Shown in pieces: positions 47,171 through 57,036 of a DNA stretch of 64,000 nt. The notes beneath the pieces were generated by a model. That model was given only the letters and a program-made list of their open reading frames with translations, searched no databases and was not told the DNA's origin. Both the position numbers and the translations under genes were made by a program. Positions within the stretch are counted from its first letter, which is position 1; each line of letters opens with the position of its first letter. The DNA comes from Elusimicrobia bacterium GWA2_66_18 (GTDB lineage Bacteria; Elusimicrobiota; Elusimicrobia; UBA1565; UBA9628), in NCBI GenBank assembly GCA_001799675.1, contig MGTX01000016.1, positions 9,876 through 73,875 on the forward strand, written 5' to 3'.

Positions 47171-48394
47171 TCACCGTCCTGCGCCCGCCGCTTCGCCGTG
47201 GAGCACCGCGGCGCAAAGCCGGTCCACGAGATGACGCAAGCCCGCGTACCCCAGGAACGGCCGCTCGTAGACCGGATGCTCCAGATAGTTTGGATAGCCC
47301 ATCGGCACGTGGAGCAAGTCGCTCTGGAAAAAACGGGCCGTGGGCGCCAGGCACAGCACGCGCTCGGATCCGGACGCCGACTGCGCGCCGCTCGCAGAGA
47401 GATCGCGCAGTCCCAGATCGACGCTGAGTTCGCGCAGGCGAGCCTCCATTTGCGAGTCCTCCTGAAGGATCAGGACGCCGCGGCCTGCAAGGAGGCGCAA
47501 GACGTGGGCCTCGGTATCGCGCACAGCGGCGGCGCTCTCCGCCTTGATGAAGGCCTTCGCGCGCGCCCGCCGCCCGACGCGGGCGGCGATCTTGAGCAGG
47601 AAGTCCTCGGTAGCCGACAGGCCCAAAGGAAGGTCGACCTCGCAGAGGGATACTCCCAGCCTGCGCGCCACGATGCGGGCCGCCTCGCGCGCGTAAGGCA
47701 TCGAGACCACCAGACCGGCGCGCTCCGCCGCCTCCAGTTCCGCGCGGCCGCCGCCGGAAAGCCAGACGGAAGTCACGCGCAGGCCGATAGCGCCCAGCAG
47801 GCGCTTGAGCTCCCGCAGGTTGCCGGCCGCGTCGGGTTCATCGCGGTCCTGAAGGTGCCCCACGATTGCCACCGCGTCCTGCCTGCCTCGTCCGGGACGC
47901 AGAGTCACCGCCTCGGCCAGGGCCGCGCAGGTCAGCGCGTAGCCGTCGAGCCAGGTTCCGCCCAGCGAGCGCGACGGGACATGACAGACCAGCGCGGAGG
48001 TCGCCCCGGCATGGCGCCGCGAGATCTCCTTCAGCGGGAAGCCCACCAGTTCGTGGAAGTCGAAGGCGGTCGAGAGCACGATGCCCGCGTCGGGCTGGGC
48101 GCAGACGTCGGCGAAGATCCTCTCGACGAGGCCGGACCGGTCCGCGGAAAGGCTCTGGACCTCCTCGCGCTGGATCTGGCCGGTATGCACGACGCGCCGG
48201 TATCCGATTGGAGGCAGAAGGCGGCAGCGGAGGTTGTGGCAATACTGCATCTCCGCCTTGGTGAAGACGCAGTAGGGACCGTCCACGATGAGATAGGAGT
48301 CGGAGATCGCGTCGACGGCGACATAGACGCCGTTGAGGAAAGGCAGCCGCAGGATGTCGTCCTTGGGTGCGACGGGAGCGATCATGCCTGCCAT
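47171..48394 (-). CDS. Nitrogenase component-1-like protein, NifK/NifN-like (set C)
   Basis: LPFLNGVYVAVDAISDSYLIVDGPYC N-terminal block. Start ambiguous (48394 or 48439). Confidence 0.6.
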   Translation of the reverse strand: MAGMIAPVAPKDDILRLPFLNGVYVAVDAISDSYLIVDGPYCVFTKAEMQYCHNLRCRLLPPIGYRRVVHTGQIQREEVQSLSADRSGLVERIFADVCAQPDAGIVLSTAFDFHELVGFPLKEISRRHAGATSALVCHVPSRSLGGTWLDGYALTCAALAEAVTLRPGRGRQDAVAIVGHLQDRDEPDAAGNLRELKRLLGAIGLRVTSVWLSGGGRAELEAAERAGLVVSMPYAREAARIVARRLGVSLCEVDLPLGLSATEDFLLKIAARVGRRARAKAFIKAESAAAVRDTEAHVLRLLAGRGVLILQEDSQMEARLRELSVDLGLRDLSASGAQSASGSERVLCLAPTARFFQSDLLHVPMGYPNYLEHPVYERPFLGYAGLRHLVDRLCAAVLHGEAAGAGR

Positions 48395-50112
48395 GGCTTC
48401 AGATACGCACGATGACGCGGGAAAGGACGCGCCTCGCACTTCGTCAGAAGACGTCTGCCGGTCCGGAGCAGGCCATCAAGACCGGGCTCGAAAACCTGCT
48501 CGGTGAAGCCCGGAAGAGCATGAGCCTCCAGGCGCGGATCATGATTGAAGTGGGAGAAAACCAGATCGATGCCCCGGCCCAGAGCGCGGTCGAGTTCGTC
48601 GCGCGAGGAGAAGGAGTCGAACTCGATGGTCCCCTGCCCGCTGGCCGTTTTGGGACGGCGCAACGACCGTGCGCGCCCCCCATCCTCGGCGCTCCAGACC
48701 AGGCAGCGGACGTTGAACCCCAGGTCGCAGAGCAGTCCCGCCACGGAGAACCCGAAAATACTCCCCACGGAGGCGAAGAGCCCGATGTCGATCCGGTCGC
48801 CGATGAGAGCGACGGTGCGGCGGCGACATTCGCGCCCCAAGGCGGCGAAAGCGTCCGCGCGCTCCTCCTGGGCGCTCTCGAACACGCGCGCGTCCCCCTC
48901 CAGGCCGAGGACGGAACTCACGCGCTCGAGCCAGCCCCGGGTCCCGCAATGACCGTAGGGCGGGTGGTAGCGCACCACGCGCAGGCCGCGGCGCAGAAAG
49001 ACCCCGTCTTCGATCTTCTCCCAACCGACCGGGTTGAGCCAGACGACGGCGCCGGCCGCGCCCATCGCGGGAGCCTTGTCGAAGTCGAGATTGGGGAAGA
49101 GCGTGCCGACCACGCGCAGGCCAAGCGCCTCGCAGAGCGCTCCCGCCTCGCGGCCCGCCGCCGCCGTGGGCACGCCCGCCAGCAGAACCGCCCGCGGATC
49201 GACCTTGGCGGAGGACCGTGTGCCGGCGATCATCTTCTCAATCATGTCCTCGTAGGCCGGACCGGGAGCGTGGGTCTTTGAGGTCCATAACACCGGCACG
49301 CCCAGTTCACCCTCGATGCGGTCGATAAACGGCTTCGGATTGTCGCCGATGAGTTCCGGCAGGCAGGTGGTTTTCAGATGGATGAAGGCCGGCTTCTCGT
49401 CGCGCGCCACCCGCTCGAGGGTCCGCCCCAGGATCTCCTGGGTGCGCCCGCCCACGACGTCCGCCTCGGTGATGGAGGTGTCCACGTAACCGTAGTCCCC
49501 GTCGGATCGCACGCGATTGTCGTCGGCGAACAGCCTCAGGAGGCCGATGGCGAGGAGCGGATTATTGAGGCGGCACTCGAGCGTGGCATGACTGACCTGG
49601 AAATAGCGGGCGCCGAAACTGACTTCCTGTTCCAGGAACCGCGCCTGGGGATAGACGAACTTCCAGAAATCCGGAGAGTGGTCGACTCGGCGGTAGTAGG
49701 TCTCGAAGCGCGACGCAACGCAGCTGCCCTGAGGATCGCTGTAGAGCAGACTGTCGCGTTTGAGCCGGGCGAGGAGGTCGGCGAATCGCGTCGCGGACGC
49801 TCCCTCGGCCATCGTCCGAACCAAGAGGAGCTCCTCTTGCGAGAGTTCTTCGCTCGGCGCCCGGGACGAGAACAGAAGCCCTCCCGTCCGATCCAGCTTG
49901 ATGCTCCACTCCAGACGCCGCGGCCCCTTGACCAGGGAGAACTCGACTTCCAGGCCCTTCAGCGCGGCCTTCTCCAGTTCCCAATCGAAGGGAGGCCCTC
50001 CGATGAGGCCCGAAAAATATTCCAGACCATCCTTGCCGAGACGGTGACGCGGCGAACGAGGTTCGTCGTCGCGCTTGCGCCGTCCTTCTGCGACCGCGGA
50101 ACCCTGCATCAT
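48382..50112 (-). CDS. Nitrogenase component-1-like protein, NifD/NifE-like (set C)
   Basis: 576 aa. IHLKTTCLPELIGDN block; paralog of the NifD-like domains above. Confidence 0.6.
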   Translation of the reverse strand: MMQGSAVAEGRRKRDDEPRSPRHRLGKDGLEYFSGLIGGPPFDWELEKAALKGLEVEFSLVKGPRRLEWSIKLDRTGGLLFSSRAPSEELSQEELLLVRTMAEGASATRFADLLARLKRDSLLYSDPQGSCVASRFETYYRRVDHSPDFWKFVYPQARFLEQEVSFGARYFQVSHATLECRLNNPLLAIGLLRLFADDNRVRSDGDYGYVDTSITEADVVGGRTQEILGRTLERVARDEKPAFIHLKTTCLPELIGDNPKPFIDRIEGELGVPVLWTSKTHAPGPAYEDMIEKMIAGTRSSAKVDPRAVLLAGVPTAAAGREAGALCEALGLRVVGTLFPNLDFDKAPAMGAAGAVVWLNPVGWEKIEDGVFLRRGLRVVRYHPPYGHCGTRGWLERVSSVLGLEGDARVFESAQEERADAFAALGRECRRRTVALIGDRIDIGLFASVGSIFGFSVAGLLCDLGFNVRCLVWSAEDGGRARSLRRPKTASGQGTIEFDSFSSRDELDRALGRGIDLVFSHFNHDPRLEAHALPGFTEQVFEPGLDGLLRTGRRLLTKCEARPFPRHRAYLKPWQA

Positions 50113-50189
50113 CCCAATAACGCCGGACGCCTATCCGAAACGTCCGCTCGCGAGGTCCCGTAATGGACTCGGAAAACCATAATTGTCGA

Positions 50190-50215
50190 ATGATAGCATT
50201 ATAAAGACTGCGGGA
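50190..50215 (-). promoter_or_regulatory. Putative -10 element (TATAAT on the minus strand at 50203..50198) upstream of the nitrogenase-like gene block
   Basis: Only AT-rich patch in the 148-nt gap between the methyltransferase gene and the NifD-like gene. Reverse complement reads TCTTTATAATG. Confidence 0.3.
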
Positions 50216-50260
50216 TGCCGGCTCAGAGAGCACGGAGTGCGCATCGACCGCCTGGCCCGC

Positions 50261-50887
50261 CTAGGCCGCCGGCTCTTTCCTGAAGACCAGGAAGAATCCG
50301 GGAACAGGATATTCGGAGGTTGCGCTCCCGCCTGAAGGGATGGCGAGGTCTTGATAGCGCCCGGAAAACCCGGCGTCAAGAAGCAGCTCGATCGTTTCCT
50401 TCTTGCCGCAGCTGCCGCTTATCAGCCGGTCCTGGTAATAGATGAGACGGCCCCCTGTTCCCAACATCCGCAGTATCTCCCGCGCATAGCGCGATGCGAC
50501 GCCCATGTCCCCTTTAGATTCGAACCTGAGCGAATTGATCATGATGATCAGATCCAGATCGCCGAAGGAATCCATGCCCGTCGCATAATCGCTTCTGGCC
50601 CTTTTCACTCTGATGTTATCGATGTGATTATTCCGGGCATATCTTCTCAGATGCTCCACCCAACGCACACGGCTATCCGTTGCGTGAACAAAACCTTTTT
50701 TTCCAACCAAGCCCGCGATCTTGACCGCGAAATATCCGGCTCCCGCTCCGATATCCGCCACTTTCATGCCCGGCTTCACAGCCATTGTTTTCAATTGGAG
50801 CCTGGCATCGGCAGAGCGATCCCTCACGCGATCCTCAGTCAACTGCCAGCCGGCATAATGGGGTCGGCGCTTAAGCGATTTGAGCAC
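50261..50887 (-). CDS. Class I SAM-dependent methyltransferase
   Basis: Motif I VADIGAGAGYFA; 208 aa; GTG start overlapping the upstream stop by 1 nt. Confidence 0.7.
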   Translation of the reverse strand: MLKSLKRRPHYAGWQLTEDRVRDRSADARLQLKTMAVKPGMKVADIGAGAGYFAVKIAGLVGKKGFVHATDSRVRWVEHLRRYARNNHIDNIRVKRARSDYATGMDSFGDLDLIIMINSLRFESKGDMGVASRYAREILRMLGTGGRLIYYQDRLISGSCGKKETIELLLDAGFSGRYQDLAIPSGGSATSEYPVPGFFLVFRKEPAA

Positions 50888-52935
50888 TATTGATCACCTA
50901 ACTCTGCGTGCCTGGGCTGGCTCGGTTTGCCCAGACACGCCATCAAGGCCGCCAACGCAGCGGCCTGCGCCCGGGTGCGAAGGGGTGTCTCGCTCGAGTA
51001 GCCGAAAGCGAGGTCGCCGACGGCCTTGTAGTACCGTGCGGCGCCTTGCAGCGGCTCGATGTTCACGATGAGAGCATCTTCTCCATCGTGAAGCGGCAAT
51101 CGTCGTGCGAGAGTCACGACCACCAAACGGCCCGGGCTCGGCTCGATGGAAGTGACGACAAAATCGGCGAGTCCTATATGAGAACCCGCTTGAGACAGCT
51201 GCGTTCGCACGCGTTCGGCGAGATCTGCGCTGGGAGAAGCGAGCGCTGCGCGACGCCTGCCCGCATCCGCGCAGCGCCGTTCCAGGCGATCGAAGGTTTC
51301 CCGGATGAGTTCCTTTTTTTTCCATGGCGGGAGCGTGGTCTTCATCAGATGGACGAGTTCGGCGGCGAACAGATCAGGACGCTTCGTGTCCAGCCCATGG
51401 CCGTCCACGAATTCCTTGAGCCAAGCATAGAGCGCGTCTCCCGAAAACACAGCATCCGGCATGACGCCGCGCAACGAGACGGCGCATACACGCACGATGA
51501 TGCCGCACGCGACGGCCGCATGACAATCCTTAAAGCGCCACGGCAGAAGCCCTGGGCGCGAGCGGAAGTCGGCCATCATGCCGTACGTCATCGCGACATC
51601 GTCGTAGCGCCTGCATACGATGCCGCCCTCATGCAGCGCCAATGCGGTGATCGGGGCTTCCTTGTGCAACTCGAGCGCCGAATAGAGCCAAGGCGCATTA
51701 GGACTGAATCCTCTGCTGATTCCTTCGTTGATCGTGATCTCGATGTCTTCCAGGGTCGTCCAAGGCGTGAAGGCGATGTAGCCCAGGGGCTGCGCGTAGT
51801 CGAAGCAAGCGGGATAGGCCGCCTTGAGACGGTCCGCCAGTTCCAAGCCCTGATCGATCTGTTGTGCGGTGACGCCCTTATTAAAACGAGCGTTCTCTCG
51901 CGGCGAGAAATGCTCGATGCCCATGCGGAAGAGGTTCAGCCGATGGCCGTATTTCTCGAGCTGGGGGAGCAATCTTTCAATATCGGCGCCGGCCCTCAAA
52001 AAGTCGTCTATTCGGGGCGCGAAAAAAAAATTCGAGGCGGGCAGGTCCAGTCCCATGATCATCTCGAAGAATTCGGCGATGCGCCTGAAGATACGGATGT
52101 CGCGCATGTTGAAACGGCCGCAATTGCGGCCTTGGGCGGCGGCGGTGCGGATGACCGCCGCGAACTGGGTGCGCGCGAGTTCGATGGGATCGGTCTGCAT
52201 CGAGCTCATGGCCGGATGGGTCGACGAGCAAAACGCGCAGCCTTTCCGGCGATCGCAGGCTGAAAGGTCGACGCCGCGATAAAGCGGGTTGCGGCTAAGG
52301 TCGGCGCGGTAATCGCAGGAGACGCCGCCGAGGATGGCCAGGAAAGGGCCGCACTCCCGAGCCTGCGGGTTCATCATGACCGCGTCGTAAATCGGCTCGA
52401 CCGCGCCTACGAAATAGCGGTCTTCGCGCCGCGGCAGACCCAGCCATTGCGACAGCCAGTCGGTCTGAAAGAAACGGAGAATGGGGATGTCCCGTTGGGA
52501 GATCGATTTTCCCCCAGACGCCTCCTTGCTCCAGCCTTCATGCTCCGCGATGAGATCGCACGCGGTCCGCTTCCCGGCTCGGGATTGGCGGTCATCCTCA
52601 GCGGACACGAGAAACTCGCCGCGCGGAACGGCCGTCTTCAAGAGTCGAAGCAGCTCCGGGCTCAGCGCCTCATTGATGAGGATATGCGTCGGAGCCCACT
52701 CGGCGAGGCGCCTCGCCAATTCGTCTTTGTCGCTTCGTCCGAGGACGGGCTTGTTCCAGACCTCGGTCGGGCTTTTCTTGAGCCCTTCGAAGCGGGCCCC
52801 CACGCACAACCAACGGGCTGCGATGCCGCCGCTTTCGGCAAAGCCTTTGTAGAAAGGGAAAAAGTCCGCCCACTCATTCCTCAAAGGCGAAGCGGCTACG
52901 AACTCGAGCAACAAAAGGCGCCTAGTGCCTATCAT
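50887..52935 (-). CDS. Large radical-SAM-like protein with non-canonical C-x23-C-x2-C motif (paralog 1 of 4)
   Basis: Conserved blocks GGVSCDYRADLSRNPLYRGVDL...GCAFC, GIEHFSPRENARFNKGVT (resembles the rSAM G-x-E-S/F-S...N-K-G motif), FTPWTTLED, PWRFKD. N-terminal Rossmann-like (possibly B12-binding-like) region. Start at the second Met. Confidence 0.55.
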   Translation of the reverse strand: MIGTRRLLLLEFVAASPLRNEWADFFPFYKGFAESGGIAARWLCVGARFEGLKKSPTEVWNKPVLGRSDKDELARRLAEWAPTHILINEALSPELLRLLKTAVPRGEFLVSAEDDRQSRAGKRTACDLIAEHEGWSKEASGGKSISQRDIPILRFFQTDWLSQWLGLPRREDRYFVGAVEPIYDAVMMNPQARECGPFLAILGGVSCDYRADLSRNPLYRGVDLSACDRRKGCAFCSSTHPAMSSMQTDPIELARTQFAAVIRTAAAQGRNCGRFNMRDIRIFRRIAEFFEMIMGLDLPASNFFFAPRIDDFLRAGADIERLLPQLEKYGHRLNLFRMGIEHFSPRENARFNKGVTAQQIDQGLELADRLKAAYPACFDYAQPLGYIAFTPWTTLEDIEITINEGISRGFSPNAPWLYSALELHKEAPITALALHEGGIVCRRYDDVAMTYGMMADFRSRPGLLPWRFKDCHAAVACGIIVRVCAVSLRGVMPDAVFSGDALYAWLKEFVDGHGLDTKRPDLFAAELVHLMKTTLPPWKKKELIRETFDRLERRCADAGRRRAALASPSADLAERVRTQLSQAGSHIGLADFVVTSIEPSPGRLVVVTLARRLPLHDGEDALIVNIEPLQGAARYYKAVGDLAFGYSSETPLRTRAQAAALAALMACLGKPSQPRHAELGDQ

Positions 52936-53025
52936 CCCATCTCCGCGGTGTCGCATCCGCCTTCCTGAAAAACGTCCGATCAACGGTCCCCTGCGCCCGT
53001 GAATATTTCTCAGCGCTGCACATGA

Positions 53026-54543
53026 TTATTTCCGTCGGGCGCTGCGAAGGAGATCGAGCAATTCGAGCGCCGAGCTGGTTGTGGGATGGCGCTTGATGGT
53101 CTCGATGGCTTCTCGGAAGAGTGGCAGCGGGTCGAATGGCCCCGGCGGCGACTCCTTGATGAAGGCATCTGCCGCCAGTTTCTCAGGGTCATCTGCCGGG
53201 ATGTTGAATCGGTCGGATGACAGTCTGCGCGCGAGACGCCACAGGATCGCGACTTCCGAGTGAGCGAAGCGCCAGGGGATTTCGTTGCGGTCTGCGTCGT
53301 TATTGCAGCCGGCGTTGTAGAAAATGCTCTCGCTCTCCTTGACCAAGAGGCCGTCTTGCTCGGCAAGGAGCGTAATGGGGACATCCCGGAAGAGCATCAA
53401 TCGCCGGCTGAGCGCGAAGGCGCGGTCGATCAAGCGGCAGCGCTCGATATTGTCGAGGTTGATGCGCAGGTCCTCCGGCGTTGTCCAGGGGGTGAAGAGA
53501 ATCATGCCCAATCCTCCAAACGGCAAGCGGAACTGCGCGGGCCAGCGCGCGTTGGTATCGATCAGGAAGGCGGTTGCTTCATGGACCTGCTCCGCCGTGA
53601 TTCCTTTGTGCAAGCGCCTATTTTCATCCGGTGAAAAATTCTCCACGCTCAGACCGTTGATGCGTAATGCCGCGCCATTTTCGGCCAGCAACGGCAGGCA
53701 GCGCTCAATGACTCTACGCGCATTGAGCAATTCATCCAACCGCAGCATGAAATTAAGCTCGACTCCGCAGACTCCGCGCTGGACCAGAGCGCGGACGAGT
53801 TCCTCAAAGCGTCTCCAGAGTTCGAAGCCGCACAAATTGATGCGTTTTTCGACGCCCGGCGTTGGCCGCTGACGGCAGACCGACTCAATCTGCTTCACCG
53901 CAAAGGCCACCGAGTTCTCAATGTTCCAATGGGAGCTCCTTAAATCGGGCATCGCGCAAAAGGAGCAGCCCATGCTCACCGACGGAAGCTGGAGGCGTCG
54001 GTAGAAAGGATTGCGGGCGACGGGCGCGCGGTAAGAGCAGCGAGAGCCGCCCACAACCTCGATCACCGGGTTGATCGCCCATAAGGCTTGGTTGAGGATC
54101 TTGCGGCGGTAGATCGGCTGGATCCTGTCGAGCAGGCGGGCATCATCGAGCACGGAGCCCCGAGCCTCCGGGATGCGATGCCGGACGTAGTCGGCGATAT
54201 CTGGAAGGTCCTCGGTCAGGGCCCAGTAGACGAGACGTGCGCCAGGGACGACCGCCGAGATGTCGGATAGCTGTTTTTTGGGCAGGCGTGCGTTGAGCAC
54301 GACAACCTGAGGCTTGCGGCGGGCCGCCTCGGCGAGCAAGAGCCTGAGATCTCGTGGCGTCAAGGTATATCGGAGGGTAGGGGCATAGCGCACTCCAAGC
54401 ACGCACCAGTAAGCTCGCCGCCCCAGCAGACGACTCAGTCCCATCAAGAATGGATAGGCGCTAGTCCGGGCATTTTGCATGACGGCATCGGTCAGCAAAT
54501 CAACGAGCATCCAGCAGGAAGAATCAATGGTGTTCGAACTCAT
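53026..54543 (-). CDS. Radical-SAM-like protein with non-canonical Cys motif (paralog 2)
   Basis: GGSRCSYRAPVARNPFYRRL...GCSFC, GLSVENFSPDENRRLHKGIT, FTPWTTPED, PWRFAHSE; 505 aa. Confidence 0.55.
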   Translation of the reverse strand: MSSNTIDSSCWMLVDLLTDAVMQNARTSAYPFLMGLSRLLGRRAYWCVLGVRYAPTLRYTLTPRDLRLLLAEAARRKPQVVVLNARLPKKQLSDISAVVPGARLVYWALTEDLPDIADYVRHRIPEARGSVLDDARLLDRIQPIYRRKILNQALWAINPVIEVVGGSRCSYRAPVARNPFYRRLQLPSVSMGCSFCAMPDLRSSHWNIENSVAFAVKQIESVCRQRPTPGVEKRINLCGFELWRRFEELVRALVQRGVCGVELNFMLRLDELLNARRVIERCLPLLAENGAALRINGLSVENFSPDENRRLHKGITAEQVHEATAFLIDTNARWPAQFRLPFGGLGMILFTPWTTPEDLRINLDNIERCRLIDRAFALSRRLMLFRDVPITLLAEQDGLLVKESESIFYNAGCNNDADRNEIPWRFAHSEVAILWRLARRLSSDRFNIPADDPEKLAADAFIKESPPGPFDPLPLFREAIETIKRHPTTSSALELLDLLRSARRK

Positions 54544-54644
54544 AAGAGCATGAGAAAAAAAGCATATCCGCGTCGATCTTTCAAAAGAAATTATAGATCA
54601 TATGAAAGCGTTCGTCGGGGAAAAGGGACCCGGCTGAGTTATGG

Positions 54645-55535
54645 TTGTCGGGAGAACCCTGGAGTGATAATATGTCCGACAGGGATCGGATCGGAGGGCT
54701 GGTGCCCAAAGTTACTGTTGTTTTTAAGGAGCTCGGGTGCGGTTTTAAATGTCCCTTCTGTGATGTTTGGGCCAATGATGCCAGTGACGCTCCGCCTGAT
54801 TTAACCGAACTCTCTGATGCGGTGCAGACACTCCTAGAGGGACAGAAGCAGCAAGATGTTCTTGAGTGTGTCCTGAGCGGTCCGGAGCCGCTGGCTTCAC
54901 CGGTATTTTTTAAGGTGCTGGCGGCGGCGCGAAGGTTGGGGTATGCGAATATCCGTCTTAATACGAATGGGATACGACTAGCCGATAGAGCGTTAACCCA
55001 GCAGTTGGCTCGCTGCGGGATCCGGGGTGTCGACATCCCTGTCTATGGAAGCAATGCCAAGCTGCATGACCGAATGACTGGAATGGCGGGAAGTTTTATC
55101 CTGCTCATGAAGGCAATAGATAATTTGAGGAACTGCCCAGGGATTCGAATTGAGGTTGTGCATACCGTCATCCTAAAACAGAATCTCCGTGATCTTTCGA
55201 AGTTGTGCGCTCGGACCAAGGATCTTGGGCTGCCGAAGTTGGAGATTTGGATGCCTTTTGCTCGCCCGTCGGCCAACGAGCTGAGTAGGCTGCGAGACAT
55301 TTGTCCATCTTTGACAGATGTCGGGAAGGCCTTGCGACGAATTCCATCGGAATTCTATCGATTTCTCGGGATGCCTCTCTGTCTATGTCCACCACAGGTC
55401 CCACTGGGAGTCTCTCTCCGCGGGTTCCAATATGCGCGGAAATGCCAAGGTTGCACGATGCGTGCCGCATGCGTTGGTGTTCGTGAGAGTTACTTACTGC
55501 TTTATGGAGACAAAGAGCTCCGTCCCTTTCGCTAG
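54645..55535 (+). CDS. Small radical SAM enzyme (rSAM-5), paralogous to the SPASM/twitch rSAMs. Locally low GC, with a degenerate GGE motif
   Basis: CGFKCPFC (CX3CX2C). SGPEP replaces the SGGEP SAM-binding motif. C-terminal CQGCTMRAAC. The gene sits in a ~1-kb GC trough (about 52% vs 66%). Confidence 0.65.
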   Translation: MSGEPWSDNMSDRDRIGGLVPKVTVVFKELGCGFKCPFCDVWANDASDAPPDLTELSDAVQTLLEGQKQQDVLECVLSGPEPLASPVFFKVLAAARRLGYANIRLNTNGIRLADRALTQQLARCGIRGVDIPVYGSNAKLHDRMTGMAGSFILLMKAIDNLRNCPGIRIEVVHTVILKQNLRDLSKLCARTKDLGLPKLEIWMPFARPSANELSRLRDICPSLTDVGKALRRIPSEFYRFLGMPLCLCPPQVPLGVSLRGFQYARKCQGCTMRAACVGVRESYLLLYGDKELRPFR

Positions 55536-55612
55536 AGGCGCGGTAGAGTCCGACGATCGGGCGCTGCCGGCTCAGAGGCCGCGCCGTCGTCTCGATTGAG
55601 GGGGCTTGGCCC

Positions 55613-55912
55613 TTGCGCGTGAGTGCGCCGATAACCTTGAATGAGATGCGCTCGCTGTTGATCGAGCGGCCGACGGGGTCCCGGTCGCCGAATAGATTCG
55701 CGACGACGGCCGGCCCCAACAACGAAGCAGGAGAAATTGCGCGCAGAAACTCGGGTCTTGAATTATTCCGGGAGCTGGAGCTCGCCGGGAAAATGGGCGC
55801 GCGCTGCGTCGACGGCCTGTCCGAGAGCGACGTCACGCCGCTGAAGGCTTGGCCGGCGAGCCGGGGCGCGGCGGAGCACATCCACGCGCAGGAGGTCCTG
55901 TGCGGAAGATGA
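55613..55912 (+). CDS. Hypothetical 99-aa protein, translationally coupled (ATGA) to the downstream SGNH hydrolase gene
   Basis: ORF MRVSAPITLNEMRSLLIERPTGS...; its stop overlaps the ATG at 55909. No domain recognised. Confidence 0.3.
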   Translation: MRVSAPITLNEMRSLLIERPTGSRSPNRFATTAGPNNEAGEIARRNSGLELFRELELAGKMGARCVDGLSESDVTPLKAWPASRGAAEHIHAQEVLCGR

Positions 55913-57000
55913 CGCCGCTCGCCAGACTCGTCGCGGCGGGCGACCTCGCGCTCTCGGCCCTGGCCGCCTTTTTCGGGCTTCGCTTCCTCGTGATCGCGGT
56001 CTTTTTGGGCTCGATGACTGAGGGCCGCCTCCCGGCGGCGGGCTTCGTCCTCCTCACGGCGACGCCCTTCGCCTTGGCGGCGGCCTCCGTCGTTCTGCTC
56101 ATGGCCCAAGGCGTGTCGAGGACCAAGATTCTGGGGACCTGCGGGTCGTTCGGGGCGATCGGTCTTGCGCTCGCCCTATGGCCGGCCATGATTATGACCA
56201 ACCCGAATGATTTGGGGCTGGCCTCGCAAGGCGCAAATATCAGCTATGAGTTTGACTTTTCGCGCGACGCCAACAAGGATAACTACCCGCTGTGTCGCTA
56301 CCGGAACAACAGCCTCGGCTACCGTGATGAGGAACCGCCCGTCGCGCTCAAGAAGGGGGAGCGGCGAATACTGCTTGTCGGCGACTCGTACATCTGGGGC
56401 GACGGCATCCCCGTCAATGAGGAAACCCTTGCCTACCTTCTGCGTGCTGAGCTGGCACGGCTGGCGCCCGGGCGCTTCAGCGTGATGAGCGCGGCCTATC
56501 CCGGACTAGGGTTTTACGGCTACGGCCGGTTGATCGACGTGCTCTGCGCGCGCTACGACCCGGAGGTCGTCGTGGTGGGCTCTCTGGGCGAAAGCGACTG
56601 CGATCCCTTCGATGCCCAGTATCTGCTGGACCATCTTCCGCGTCTCTGGCTCGTCCGCAACCTGGTGCTGAACCTCGGGGCGGCTCAATATCTGCATGAG
56701 GCGTCGGTAAGCCGCTTCTCGCCGATATGGACCAGCGCCGAAAACCGGGAATACTTCGCGGCGTTGACGCGCGACTTTTCGCTGAAGGCGCTCGAGCGGG
56801 GTTATCGCCTGATGTTCCTGTCCTACTTCCCTCACCCGTCGCTGCCGGAAGGCATCGAGACGCTGGATCTGCCCGAGGACCTGCGCTACCCGTGGCATGC
56901 CAGCGACCTTTGGTACGCCAAGGACTTCCATCCCAAGACGAAGCTCAATCGCATCCTGGCAAAAATGATCGCCGAGAAGATCATCCAGAAGGGGCTCTAA
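55909..57000 (+). CDS. Membrane-anchored SGNH/GDSL-family hydrolase
   Basis: Three N-terminal TM helices, then LLVGDSYIWGDG (GDS-x block I). Confidence 0.6.
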   Translation: MTPLARLVAAGDLALSALAAFFGLRFLVIAVFLGSMTEGRLPAAGFVLLTATPFALAAASVVLLMAQGVSRTKILGTCGSFGAIGLALALWPAMIMTNPNDLGLASQGANISYEFDFSRDANKDNYPLCRYRNNSLGYRDEEPPVALKKGERRILLVGDSYIWGDGIPVNEETLAYLLRAELARLAPGRFSVMSAAYPGLGFYGYGRLIDVLCARYDPEVVVVGSLGESDCDPFDAQYLLDHLPRLWLVRNLVLNLGAAQYLHEASVSRFSPIWTSAENREYFAALTRDFSLKALERGYRLMFLSYFPHPSLPEGIETLDLPEDLRYPWHASDLWYAKDFHPKTKLNRILAKMIAEKIIQKGL

Positions 57001-57036
57001 TGCAAAAGATTTTAGTATATTACCTATACTTTACCA

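Noticed and set aside
54475-54804. 109-aa ORF (MHDGIGQQINE...MRKKAYPRRSFKRNY...) considered as a RiPP precursor in the divergent promoter region
   Set aside because: It overlaps the first ~50 codons of the rSAM-5 gene in another frame and has no leader/core or Gly-Gly/Cys-rich core pattern. It is more likely promoter/UTR sequence.
55168-56109. 313-aa minus-strand ORF (MGHEQNDGGRRQGEGRRREEDE...)
   Set aside because: Extreme low complexity, antisense to the SGNH hydrolase gene and the 99-aa ORF.
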